From the NCBI GenBank assembly GCA_028281235.1, contig JANQKG010000024.1, positions 64,569 to 128,568 of the forward strand: a stretch of 64,000 nt of DNA, given 5' to 3'. The notes under the pieces were generated by a model. The model was not told the origin of the DNA. It searched no databases and saw nothing but the letters and a program-made list of their open reading frames with translations. A program made the position numbers and the translations under genes. This stretch comes from Afifellaceae bacterium. Its GTDB lineage: Bacteria; Pseudomonadota; Alphaproteobacteria; Rhizobiales; Afifellaceae. This document shows, in pieces, positions 37,285 to 45,224 of the stretch; the stretch's first letter is position 1; every line of letters starts with the position of its first letter.

Positions 37285-38379
37285 ATGATCACTATCGTCG
37301 TCGGCGCACAGTACGGGGGAGAGGGGAAGGGAAAGGTCTCTGCTTTCCTCGCCTCAGCTCAGCGATTTGATATTGCGTGTCGCTGCGGTGGCCCGAATTC
37401 GTCGCACACAGCGGTGCACAAGGGTAGAGAATTCAAACTCAGGATGATGCCGACCGCGGCTATTGTCGACCCATGGGTCTCCGTTGTGTTCGCGGCTGGG
37501 ACTCTTTTGCACGTTCCAACGCTTTTCGACGAAATCCGTTTGATAGGCTTTCGAGGAAACCTTCTTATTTCGCCATATGCCGGCATTATTACCGATGAAA
37601 CTGTTGCTAAACAGCGCTCTGACAATCGGTATGAGGCAATCGGCTCAACGCTGACCGGTACAGGGTATGCTGCTGCAGACAGATGTTTGCGTAAGCTGCC
37701 CCTTGCAAGGGAATTCTCAGAACTGAGTCCTTACTTATTTGACGTCCATGAGTTTTTGTTTGCGTCTATCAAGAACAGTCGAAATATTCTTATTGAAGGT
37801 CACCAGGGTTTCGGTCTCTCGAATTATCATGGCGACTATCCGTATGTTAGCAGCCGCGATTCAACGGCGGCAGCTATGCTTTCTGAGCTAGGCGTCGGAC
37901 CTCTTCAGAAGACCATACAGGTTGTGCTTGTAGCAAAGATTTTCCCGACCCGGAACCACCGCGGTGCACTCGGAGAGGAGCTCACGGAGGAGGAGGCCTC
38001 TGCGATGGGAATCCGTGAATATGGGGGCGGTTCATGGGGAATACCGAATCGCAGGCGACGGGTCGGCATCTTCGACTTCGAGCTCGTTAGGCGTGCAGCG
38101 GCCGCAAACTCGGCGACATGCATCGCACTGACCGGTGCTGACTATCTCGACAAAGCGCTCGCGGGCCAGCAAATCGCGACTCAAAACGAGCATTTGGATC
38201 AGTTCGTTTGTGCTCTTGAGAAGACAATCTCGCCGACACCAGTAAGGTTCGTCTCAACGGGGCGTGACACCTCCCACATGTTTGAACTAAAGCCCGCCAG
38301 CTCGAAGAAGCCAAAGCGGCCCAGACGAGTCAAGCGACCCGAGAATGTCCGTGATCTGTTCGAAGGGGGGCTACACTAG
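37285..38379 (+). CDS. Divergent short adenylosuccinate-synthetase-family (PurA/PurZ-like) protein
   Basis: IVVGAQYGGEGKGK (compare PurA GTQWGDEGKGK), GGPNSSHT (NAGHT), IGSTLTGTGYAAADR (GTTGRGIGPAYEDK), IEGHQGFGLS (EGAQG), GDYPYVSSRDST (GTYPYVTSS), NRRRRVG (GRRRRTGW), STGRDT (STGPDR). 364 aa; starts 14 nt after the HD gene. Confidence 0.8.
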   Translation: MITIVVGAQYGGEGKGKVSAFLASAQRFDIACRCGGPNSSHTAVHKGREFKLRMMPTAAIVDPWVSVVFAAGTLLHVPTLFDEIRLIGFRGNLLISPYAGIITDETVAKQRSDNRYEAIGSTLTGTGYAAADRCLRKLPLAREFSELSPYLFDVHEFLFASIKNSRNILIEGHQGFGLSNYHGDYPYVSSRDSTAAAMLSELGVGPLQKTIQVVLVAKIFPTRNHRGALGEELTEEEASAMGIREYGGGSWGIPNRRRRVGIFDFELVRRAAAANSATCIALTGADYLDKALAGQQIATQNEHLDQFVCALEKTISPTPVRFVSTGRDTSHMFELKPASSKKPKRPRRVKRPENVRDLFEGGLH

Positions 38380-38547
38380 CTACAGCGCCGAGACGCACTG
38401 TTCACAATTATCCTCGATCGCCTGAACATCGCAAAACAGATATTGTGCGACCCAGAAAACGTGGCTCAACAGAGCCAAATTCGCCGCGCTGCCCTTCCGA
38501 GCAATCGCCGGGCTGTACAAAATCCGGTCAAGTGTTAGAATTTCGGT

Positions 38548-38778
38548 ATGAGCAACATATTGGACCAGGGTATTGACGCGGTTCGAACTCTTTCGGCGGA
38601 ACGGCAGGATGCTGTCGGCGAGCTGCTCCTAAATATCGCTGAGCCCGATGCCGACGAGAGCTACACCCTGACGCCCGCACAGCTCGCCAGCATTCAGCAA
38701 GCAATTCGTCAAGCTGACCGCGGCGAACTCATCTCCGCCAACGAAGTGGAAGCGTCCTGGCAATCACGTGGGGTATGA
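38548..38778 (+). CDS. Type II antitoxin (partner of the ParE/RelE-family toxin)
   Basis: 76 aa, acidic. ATGA overlap with the downstream toxin gene. Family not assigned. Confidence 0.65.
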   Translation: MSNILDQGIDAVRTLSAERQDAVGELLLNIAEPDADESYTLTPAQLASIQQAIRQADRGELISANEVEASWQSRGV

Positions 38779-39059
38779 CGCTGTGGTATACGCCGGAAGC
38801 GACGGCCCATTTAGATAACATTCACGCCTACATACAAAGTGACAACCCTGAGGCTGCCGCTGCGGTCGTTACACGCATTCACGCAACCGCGCGAGCACTG
38901 GCCTTCTTCCCTCATATGGGGCGTGTCGGACATCTCTCCGGAACGCTTGAACACAAGGTCAAGCAGCTTCCGTACGTCATCGTCTATCGAATTGAGATTG
39001 GAGATACCGATCAACTTGTCATCCTGGGCGTCTATCACACGCATCAAAAACGCAACTAA
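38775..39059 (+). CDS. ParE/RelE-family type II toxin
   Basis: 94 aa: YTPEATAHLDNIHAYIQSDNPEAAAAVVTRI...FPHMGR...YVIVYRIE...LVILGVYHTHQ, the plasmid-stabilisation ParE pattern. Confidence 0.8.
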   Translation: MTLWYTPEATAHLDNIHAYIQSDNPEAAAAVVTRIHATARALAFFPHMGRVGHLSGTLEHKVKQLPYVIVYRIEIGDTDQLVILGVYHTHQKRN

Positions 39060-39365
39060 TAGCGACCCTTCGCCTGCTTTCTGAACTATCCAATGTCGCC
39101 CATGGACACTCGACGCTCGGCACATCGCACTGCCCCCAACTGCGGCAGAGCTGGGGGCTTGTTATTGTCATTAGTAGTTCACTTGGCTTCTAGATTTAGC
39201 AACGCAGCGACTTCGCACCTTCGGATGGTCAACCTTGCAGATGAGGCAAAAAGCTGCAATCTAGGACTGCAGCTTCGGTCTATCGTCGATAGCCGGATTC
39301 AGATTTTGCCAAGGTCTCTAGTCGGCACTGCAAATATCTGAGGATGGCTCCGTTGAGAGCAGTTG

Positions 39366-39887
39366 ATGATGGGTGCGCCTTATACTTTTCAGATCAAGAA
39401 TCCTGAAGAACTGGACATCAACGAGCTAGAGTCCTTCTGCGCCTTTGTGAAGGGCGGAGGGCAAGTTGTCTCCGGCGTAGCGAAGCGGCTGAAGGAGATA
39501 GGGAAAGTTATTGTGCTCGTTCGCTTGGCTAATGAACTCGCCGCAGTCGGCGCCCTCAAAGTTCCTATGGCCCGATATAGGAGTAATGTGTTCAAGAGTG
39601 CCGCCGCAGTTGAGCAGCCAACCGACTATCCGATCGAGCTCGGCTGGGTCGTAGTCGCCGAACGGCACCGCAAGCAAGGGCTATCGAGTCAGATCGTCAA
39701 GGTTCTCTTGGAGGTCTCGGATTCAGAACAAGCCAACGTTTATGCCACCTCGGACGTAGAAAAAGGTGCGATGCACCGGTCTCTTGAGCGAAACGGCTTT
39801 GTCAAAGCCGGAGCCCCTTATCGATCGGAGTTGGACAATGACCGCTTGCAGCTATTTGTGCGCAAGCGCTTCCCAGAACCGCACTAG
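39366..39887 (+). CDS. GNAT-family N-acetyltransferase
   Basis: LGWVVVAERHRKQGLSSQIVKVLLE (motif A) ...MHRSLERNGFVKAG. The ORF opens with TTG at 39363. Confidence 0.7.
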   Translation: MMGAPYTFQIKNPEELDINELESFCAFVKGGGQVVSGVAKRLKEIGKVIVLVRLANELAAVGALKVPMARYRSNVFKSAAAVEQPTDYPIELGWVVVAERHRKQGLSSQIVKVLLEVSDSEQANVYATSDVEKGAMHRSLERNGFVKAGAPYRSELDNDRLQLFVRKRFPEPH

Positions 39888-39925
39888 TCACCAAGCAGCA
39901 CCGTTTGTTTCTGAAGGCGTCATAG

Positions 39926-40357
39926 ATGCGGAGTACCCGATTTGAAGTCAAACTTCTTGTGGCCAGAGCAGACGAGGGCGATGTCAATCGCGACCTCGTC
40001 CGAATTCACTACGATGACAGAATTGGCCTAAAAAGTGGAATTATATGCCTTATCTCAAATAAGGACAGTTTAAGTTCTTCATCAAAGTATTTCGTTTTGA
40101 GGGGTCTCCCACGTGGCACCCCAAGCACTATCCAGATTGACGAAGGGGCAAGGGAGGTACTGGGCGTGAGTTTAGGGCGTCAGGCCGTGTTTCAAATCGA
40201 GGAAGCCGGTTGGTGGGGAGCACTTCAGTGGGCCTGGTCGGCGACCGATCCCGCGTACCGAATTGCGGCAAAGCTTGGCGTGCTTTCCTTTGGCCTGGGG
40301 TGTCTTTCGGTTGTACTTGCCGGTGTCTCGATTACTCTGGCATTTATGTCGAGGTGA
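39926..40357 (+). CDS. Hypothetical protein: N-terminal beta-barrel-like domain plus C-terminal TM segment
   Basis: 143 aa. C-terminus IAAKLGVLSFGLGCLSVVLAGVSITLAF is hydrophobic. No family recognised. Confidence 0.45.
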   Translation: MRSTRFEVKLLVARADEGDVNRDLVRIHYDDRIGLKSGIICLISNKDSLSSSSKYFVLRGLPRGTPSTIQIDEGAREVLGVSLGRQAVFQIEEAGWWGALQWAWSATDPAYRIAAKLGVLSFGLGCLSVVLAGVSITLAFMSR

Positions 40358-40383
40358 GTAGACGGGCTGATGATCTGCTTACC

Positions 40384-40680
40384 TCATTCCTCGGGCACAA
40401 CACGATACGTCACTGTTTCGAGGAAGCCGAACATGTCGCCGTCTGAACTGCCCGCGCAAAGGTCATAGGCGACCCACACCGAGAAGCGGGTGAACCCCTC
40501 AGCGCGCAGCGCCTCTATCCTCTGAGCCACCGAATCGGGAACACGATCAAGGTCGCTTACCCGCTGAACCACCACTTCCTTCTGCCCAATGCAAATCAGC
40601 GGCGGGGAGTCCACTTCCTCCGAATGCACCGGCATGCTGGTGCCGATTAGCACAGCGATGGGCGCTATGAGCCATCTCAT
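40384..40680 (-). CDS. Small secreted hypothetical protein
   Basis: 98 aa; signal-like MRWLIAPIAVLIGTSMPVHS. Confidence 0.45.
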   Translation of the reverse strand: MRWLIAPIAVLIGTSMPVHSEEVDSPPLICIGQKEVVVQRVSDLDRVPDSVAQRIEALRAEGFTRFSVWVAYDLCAGSSDGDMFGFLETVTYRVVPEE

Positions 40681-40753
40681 GTCCAGATTCCCGATGATTA
40701 AATACCGTCTATAGGCGGTGTTTCTATAGTCGGCAAGTCGTTTCTTTCCGGGT

Positions 40754-41005
40754 ATGGATATCGATCAGCTGGTCGCTCGCAACATTCGCCGCAGCCGGCT
40801 CAACAGACGCATTTCGCAGGAAGCACTGGCGGATGAGGCTGGGCTGAATCGCTCCTACATGGGAGCGCTCGAGCGTGGCGAGAAAAGCCCGACAGTAAGG
40901 ACTTTAGCATTGATCGCATCAGCGCTTGGCGTGAGCGTGGCCGATCTCGTAAGCCTGGACAGCTCGCCCATGCCTCCGAACCTTCCGCGAGGCCCGCGGA
41001 ACTAA
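40754..41005 (+). CDS. XRE-family HTH transcriptional regulator
   Basis: IRRSRLNRRISQEALADEAGLNRSYMGALERGEKSPTVRTLALIASALGV. Confidence 0.85.
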   Translation: MDIDQLVARNIRRSRLNRRISQEALADEAGLNRSYMGALERGEKSPTVRTLALIASALGVSVADLVSLDSSPMPPNLPRGPRN

Positions 41006-41045
41006 GCCTTGTAGTGAGGGAATGGATGGAGGCCGGAAAGCGACG

Positions 41046-42047
41046 CTACTGCGCCAGCGTCCGCGACTTCCCTTCTCCATCCTCTATCGGCACTAAAAGT
41101 ATGTCGCCGCGGTGCTTCCTTATCGTCTGGAAGTCGGTGAAGAGGAAGCGGATCGGCGGCACCGAATGCGGCCTGCCGGCTAGTCGCCGGCGATACATGC
41201 TCTGCATCTCCTTCACCCGCTTCGGGCCCGTCGTGACGGTGAGCACCTGGAAGGTCGGAATGCCGAACTCCTTGCGGTGCACGCCAGTCTGGTAGGCATA
41301 GGCGTAAACCAGGAACTTGCGAAGGATTGAAGTCTCCTTCCAGAACTTCTTGGTCTTGGTCTTGCGGTCGTTCACATCGATTGTCTCGGTGCCGCGATCA
41401 ATCTCAAGGAAGATGGAGCGGCGGTTCTTGCCCTCTTCCCTGTTCGAGTATCGAAGCATGAAGAAGCCGTCGGGGATCGTGCCTTCCGTCTCGGTGTAGC
41501 CGTGCCAGCTCACGCGCGCTGCGACCGTGTTCGGAAGTGAGTTGCGCTTCAGGATGTGCGGCGCGTAGCGCTCGTAGATTTGGTCGGGATAGAGGAACTC
41601 AATCCCGTCATGCGTGGCAGCCGAGGTCCGCGTTTGCAGAATGAAGCGGGTCTGCTCCAGGCCATGCTGGATATAAGGCGCACTGAGGCTGGTGCTCCGC
41701 TCGCGCTGACGGCGCGACTTTGTGGGCAGTCCGTAGCGCTCGGCTAGTCGTTCGGCACCGCGACGGCCGAGCGTGTAGGCCTTGGCTAGCGACCCGCCGC
41801 CCTGGACATAGATTCGCTCAATCTGCCGCAGGCGATGAAGATACTGATTGTCCCTCAGCAGTTTTAGGCGGCGGCCGATTTTGGTGGCGCTGCGATGCGG
41901 CAGAAGCGAGCGGATCGCATGAGCGTCAATTAGGTCGTGGCGATAGACTTCAAGCAATATGAGATCATCATCGTCGGTGATGGCGATCGGCGAAGGGTCG
42001 GCGGGAATGTCGTAGTGCGAGTAGACGGCTTGGGTGGCTGTCGTCAT
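41046..42047 (-). CDS. Replication-relaxation family protein (putative relaxase)
   Basis: 333 aa. N-terminal wHTH-like LLEVYRHDLIDAHAIRSLL...RRLKLLRDNQYLHRL and the later PDGFFML...IFLEIDRGTE block. Last gene of the minus-strand transfer operon. Confidence 0.7.
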   Translation of the reverse strand: MTTATQAVYSHYDIPADPSPIAITDDDDLILLEVYRHDLIDAHAIRSLLPHRSATKIGRRLKLLRDNQYLHRLRQIERIYVQGGGSLAKAYTLGRRGAERLAERYGLPTKSRRQRERSTSLSAPYIQHGLEQTRFILQTRTSAATHDGIEFLYPDQIYERYAPHILKRNSLPNTVAARVSWHGYTETEGTIPDGFFMLRYSNREEGKNRRSIFLEIDRGTETIDVNDRKTKTKKFWKETSILRKFLVYAYAYQTGVHRKEFGIPTFQVLTVTTGPKRVKEMQSMYRRRLAGRPHSVPPIRFLFTDFQTIRKHRGDILLVPIEDGEGKSRTLAQ

Positions 42048-42068
42048 GCCTTCATTCTATCAACCGGT

Positions 42069-43835
42069 TCAGCCGAGCTCGGCGTTATCCACGTCCGCGT
42101 AGGGCGGTGGTTGATAGCCGCCCTCATGCGTCCGTGCGGTTTCATAGAGGCGGGTGTATTCCAATCGCATGCGCTGACGCGCTTGATCCGCCGGCACGGT
42201 GTAGGGACTGGCGGCAAGGACGCGCTCCTTGAAGCGCTCAATTGTCTCCGTCGGCACGACAACATCCGGCACGTCAAAGGTGGTGATGTCGAAGCTCGGC
42301 TCGGCTGACCCCTTCACCACGGCATGGCGCGGCGGAATGCTCCGAAGTCGTGACACCGCCAGGTGGCGGACATTTTCAAGGCCGTGCACACCGCCAACGA
42401 AATCCTGCAGAATCGGCTCCAGCGCCTCCGACGCCCCTTCCGAATGCGAGGAAGTATCGACCGTGCCGCTCGAATGCGCATGGGCCACTCCCCCACCATG
42501 GGCGTCTACTGACGCGGCGGCGCTGCTCGACGTGACCGTGCGCGTGCCGATTGGAAAACCGTCGGCGTCGTAGGCTTGCGATAGACCCGTGCCGACGGAG
42601 GCGCTTGAGGCGTGCGTCTGAAACGCGCTCTCCGACACGGTGTCGATTTCGATATGCGAAATCGATTCGCCGTGGCTCCAATTCTTCAGCCAGATGCGCC
42701 GGTAACCGGCAACGCCCGGTTTGGTGAGCGCATGGATGGGGATTTCAAGGTCGTATTCGGTGCGAAACAGCTGGTCGGCCATGACGACAGCGTCTTCATC
42801 AGAGATACCGCCGAAGATCACTTTGTTCTGAATACCCATCACGCCGTGATAGATCGATGAACCCTGCTCGCGCAGTTGTTCCAACCATTGATGTGCAAGG
42901 ATGACGTGAAAGCCGCGCTTCCGCGAGCGCGCCAGAATCTGTGCGATGTCGCGCGTAACGAAGCTGCCGCATTCGTCGATGTAGGCGTAGAACGGCTTTT
43001 GCTCGGCGGTGCGGGGATCGCGACGCTGGGCGCAATAGAACATCTCCCGCACGAACAGCGCGCCAAAGGCGCGAGCCGGGTCTTCGCCCATGGCTTCCGG
43101 CGAAAGGTTGATGAGGACGATTTCGCCGTTGTCCATTGCACGACGAAAATCGATCGGCTGGTCGTAAGCGGCGAGCGTCTCGCGGATTTCCTCGTCGCTT
43201 AGAAGTTCACTGAAACGCCGACGTGATCCGCCGAACTCAGAAATGTGTTCGCGCTTCGCATCCTCGGCCGTCGCTTTGTAGCCATCCCAAATTTCAGCAA
43301 TGATGGGGTTCTCAATTTCGCGCGTCAGATACGAAACGATGCGATAGGGATCGACCGTGCTCGTCAGATAGAAAGCCTCGGCCAGCGTATAGCCATGGCC
43401 GATGAGCACATCGAATATCGCGCGTATGGTGGTGCGGATGCTGGGCGTGTTGCGTGAGTCTTCCCCACCCCACACCTGCGCCAGTGCTTCGATGACATTG
43501 TCGATGCGATGCCGGGGTTTCTCGCCGGCATGGACATAGAGCGGGTTGAAGCGAAAGCGCCAATTCGGATTGGTCGGATCAAACAAATGAATTCGCTTGT
43601 GGCGGTCAATACGATGGCGGGAACACCATGCGACGATGCTGTCGTAGAGAGCGCCCTCGGGATCGATCAGGCAGACACCATGTCCGGCCATGATGTCCTC
43701 GCGGATGCAGTGCTCAAGGAACTTGGACTTGCCCTGACCGGAAGCCCCCATAACGTGCAGATGCGTGGCGCGGCGTTCTGTGCTGAGGCGCACACCGCGG
43801 CCATCGGAATGGCCGACGCGGATGGGGCGCGGCAC
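42069..43835 (-). CDS. TraD/VirD4-like type IV coupling-protein-family P-loop ATPase
   Basis: Walker A VMGASGQGKSKF; Walker B-like FYAYIDECGSF; RKRGFHVILAHQWLEQL. 588 aa; GTG start. Confidence 0.8.
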   Translation of the reverse strand: MPRPIRVGHSDGRGVRLSTERRATHLHVMGASGQGKSKFLEHCIREDIMAGHGVCLIDPEGALYDSIVAWCSRHRIDRHKRIHLFDPTNPNWRFRFNPLYVHAGEKPRHRIDNVIEALAQVWGGEDSRNTPSIRTTIRAIFDVLIGHGYTLAEAFYLTSTVDPYRIVSYLTREIENPIIAEIWDGYKATAEDAKREHISEFGGSRRRFSELLSDEEIRETLAAYDQPIDFRRAMDNGEIVLINLSPEAMGEDPARAFGALFVREMFYCAQRRDPRTAEQKPFYAYIDECGSFVTRDIAQILARSRKRGFHVILAHQWLEQLREQGSSIYHGVMGIQNKVIFGGISDEDAVVMADQLFRTEYDLEIPIHALTKPGVAGYRRIWLKNWSHGESISHIEIDTVSESAFQTHASSASVGTGLSQAYDADGFPIGTRTVTSSSAAASVDAHGGGVAHAHSSGTVDTSSHSEGASEALEPILQDFVGGVHGLENVRHLAVSRLRSIPPRHAVVKGSAEPSFDITTFDVPDVVVPTETIERFKERVLAASPYTVPADQARQRMRLEYTRLYETARTHEGGYQPPPYADVDNAELG

Positions 43836-43837
43836 GA

Positions 43838-44464
43838 TTACGAGCCCTTGCTTTGATCCAGACGCAACGCCTCGGCTCTTAGCTGAGCGATGTTCTCGCG
43901 GTCCTCGTCGGAGAGGCTCTCCTCACCGCCGCGCGAAGCGATGAAGTCGGCGATCTTCTGCTCAGCGATCTTTGAAGCCCTTCCGGTAGTGCCGTATTGG
44001 AGAACGTCGTCGGCTAAACGCTGAAGCTGCTCCTCTCGCGTTGGCCCATGCTTCTGCTCGGGTGGCTCAGGTGGATTGAGCTCCGCTTCACGCCTCCGCC
44101 GCGCCATTGCTTGCTCATGCCGGCGCTGCGCAAGCGCCTCGTCGAGATCAATGTCTTCAAGCGCGTAGTTTGTCCGAATGCGTTTGCGCTCGACCTCTTC
44201 GTCCCATTCGGCGCTCTTTAGCCGCGTCCGCTCCAACGCATGCGCCGCCTGTTCTTGGGCATCGAGTGCCTCAGTCAGTTCGGTGAACGCCGCTACTTCT
44301 TTCGCGCTCGCCTCAAATAGCCTCCGGCGGCTGTTCGACCAAGCGCGCTCCCAAAACGGCAAGGTCAGATTGGCGCCTTGGACAACAAGGTCCGTTCTTT
44401 CTCGCCGAACTGGTTCCAGACGACGCGCCGGCAAGTTGGCGTTGTTCTGTTGGTTCGTGCTCAT
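43838..44464 (-). CDS. Coiled-coil hypothetical protein
   Basis: The likely start is MSTNQQNN at 44464, giving a TCAT overlap with the upstream gene stop. Glu/Arg/Ala-rich. The ORF extends to 44635. Confidence 0.55.
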   Translation of the reverse strand: MSTNQQNNANLPARRLEPVRRERTDLVVQGANLTLPFWERAWSNSRRRLFEASAKEVAAFTELTEALDAQEQAAHALERTRLKSAEWDEEVERKRIRTNYALEDIDLDEALAQRRHEQAMARRRREAELNPPEPPEQKHGPTREEQLQRLADDVLQYGTTGRASKIAEQKIADFIASRGGEESLSDEDRENIAQLRAEALRLDQSKGS

Positions 44465-45045
44465 CGGCAATACCGCGCTCGTTTTGCCTCGTCCACTCGC
44501 AGCTTTGCGCGATTGTAGGCTTCGGCAGCACGATGAAGATCGGCCTGCGCATTCATGTAGTCGGCGTCGGCGTAAGCGTTCTTGGCCGCTTGTTGGAATT
44601 GCCAGGCGCGCATCTTCTTGCTGTAGCGCATCCATATGGTGGCTATCTCGAATCTCAGCTGCGCCGCAGGGTGAGTGTGGTCGAGCAAGCCTTTTCGCTT
44701 AGCGGCCGTGACCGCTTTGCCAATCGGCGTCGAATAGTACATCTCCAAGAATTTCCATCTGTCTGGAAGTTCGGCTGGATTAAGCGGCAAGAACAGGACC
44801 AGAATCCCCTCGAGGGCGACAACGCCGTACACACAAAGTGACGCGAGCGCCCATATTCCGACAAAACCGACCCCAACTGAAAAATTGGGATCCGTGACGC
44901 ACATCACGATCGGAATCCATCCAGTGTAGTAACAAATGATCGCGATGATGCAGACGAGACCCCCAAGGATGATGAGCGCACCAACGGCCAACACCACCAG
45001 CAGGGCTAGGACGATGAGCGCCAGCAAGAATTCAAGAAACGGCAT
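44461..45045 (-). CDS. Integral membrane hypothetical protein
   Basis: MPFLEFLLALIVLALLVVLAVGALIILGGLVCIIAIICYY... with about four TM helices and a charged helical tail. The ORF extends to 45090. Confidence 0.6.
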   Translation of the reverse strand: MPFLEFLLALIVLALLVVLAVGALIILGGLVCIIAIICYYTGWIPIVMCVTDPNFSVGVGFVGIWALASLCVYGVVALEGILVLFLPLNPAELPDRWKFLEMYYSTPIGKAVTAAKRKGLLDHTHPAAQLRFEIATIWMRYSKKMRAWQFQQAAKNAYADADYMNAQADLHRAAEAYNRAKLRVDEAKRARYCR

Positions 45046-45224
45046 GCGTCTGAGTCCTTGTTGTATTGGGCGGCGATACACGCCACCCAAGTCGTTCCTC
45101 CCAGCGACTCTTTTTGACTACTCGACGACGCGTCGTGATTTCTAAAATTCTTGGTCGAAATTAAGGAGGCCAAGTGTCAGCTTTGGGATCGTCCCCAGGC
45201 CAGGCCGACGAGTGAGAACTAGGT

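Noticed and set aside
35477-38379. Reading the HD plus PurA-like pair as a prophage Z-genome (2-aminoadenine) cluster
   Set aside because: The element has no phage structural, terminase, DpoZ-type polymerase or MazZ-like genes. The HD protein is a ~600-aa SAMHD1-type enzyme rather than a small DatZ. The domain-logic parallel is kept as a comparison only.
39093-39341. 82-aa ORF between the ParE gene and the GNAT gene
   Set aside because: It has no SD, no motifs and a low-complexity translation. It is more likely the GNAT promoter region.
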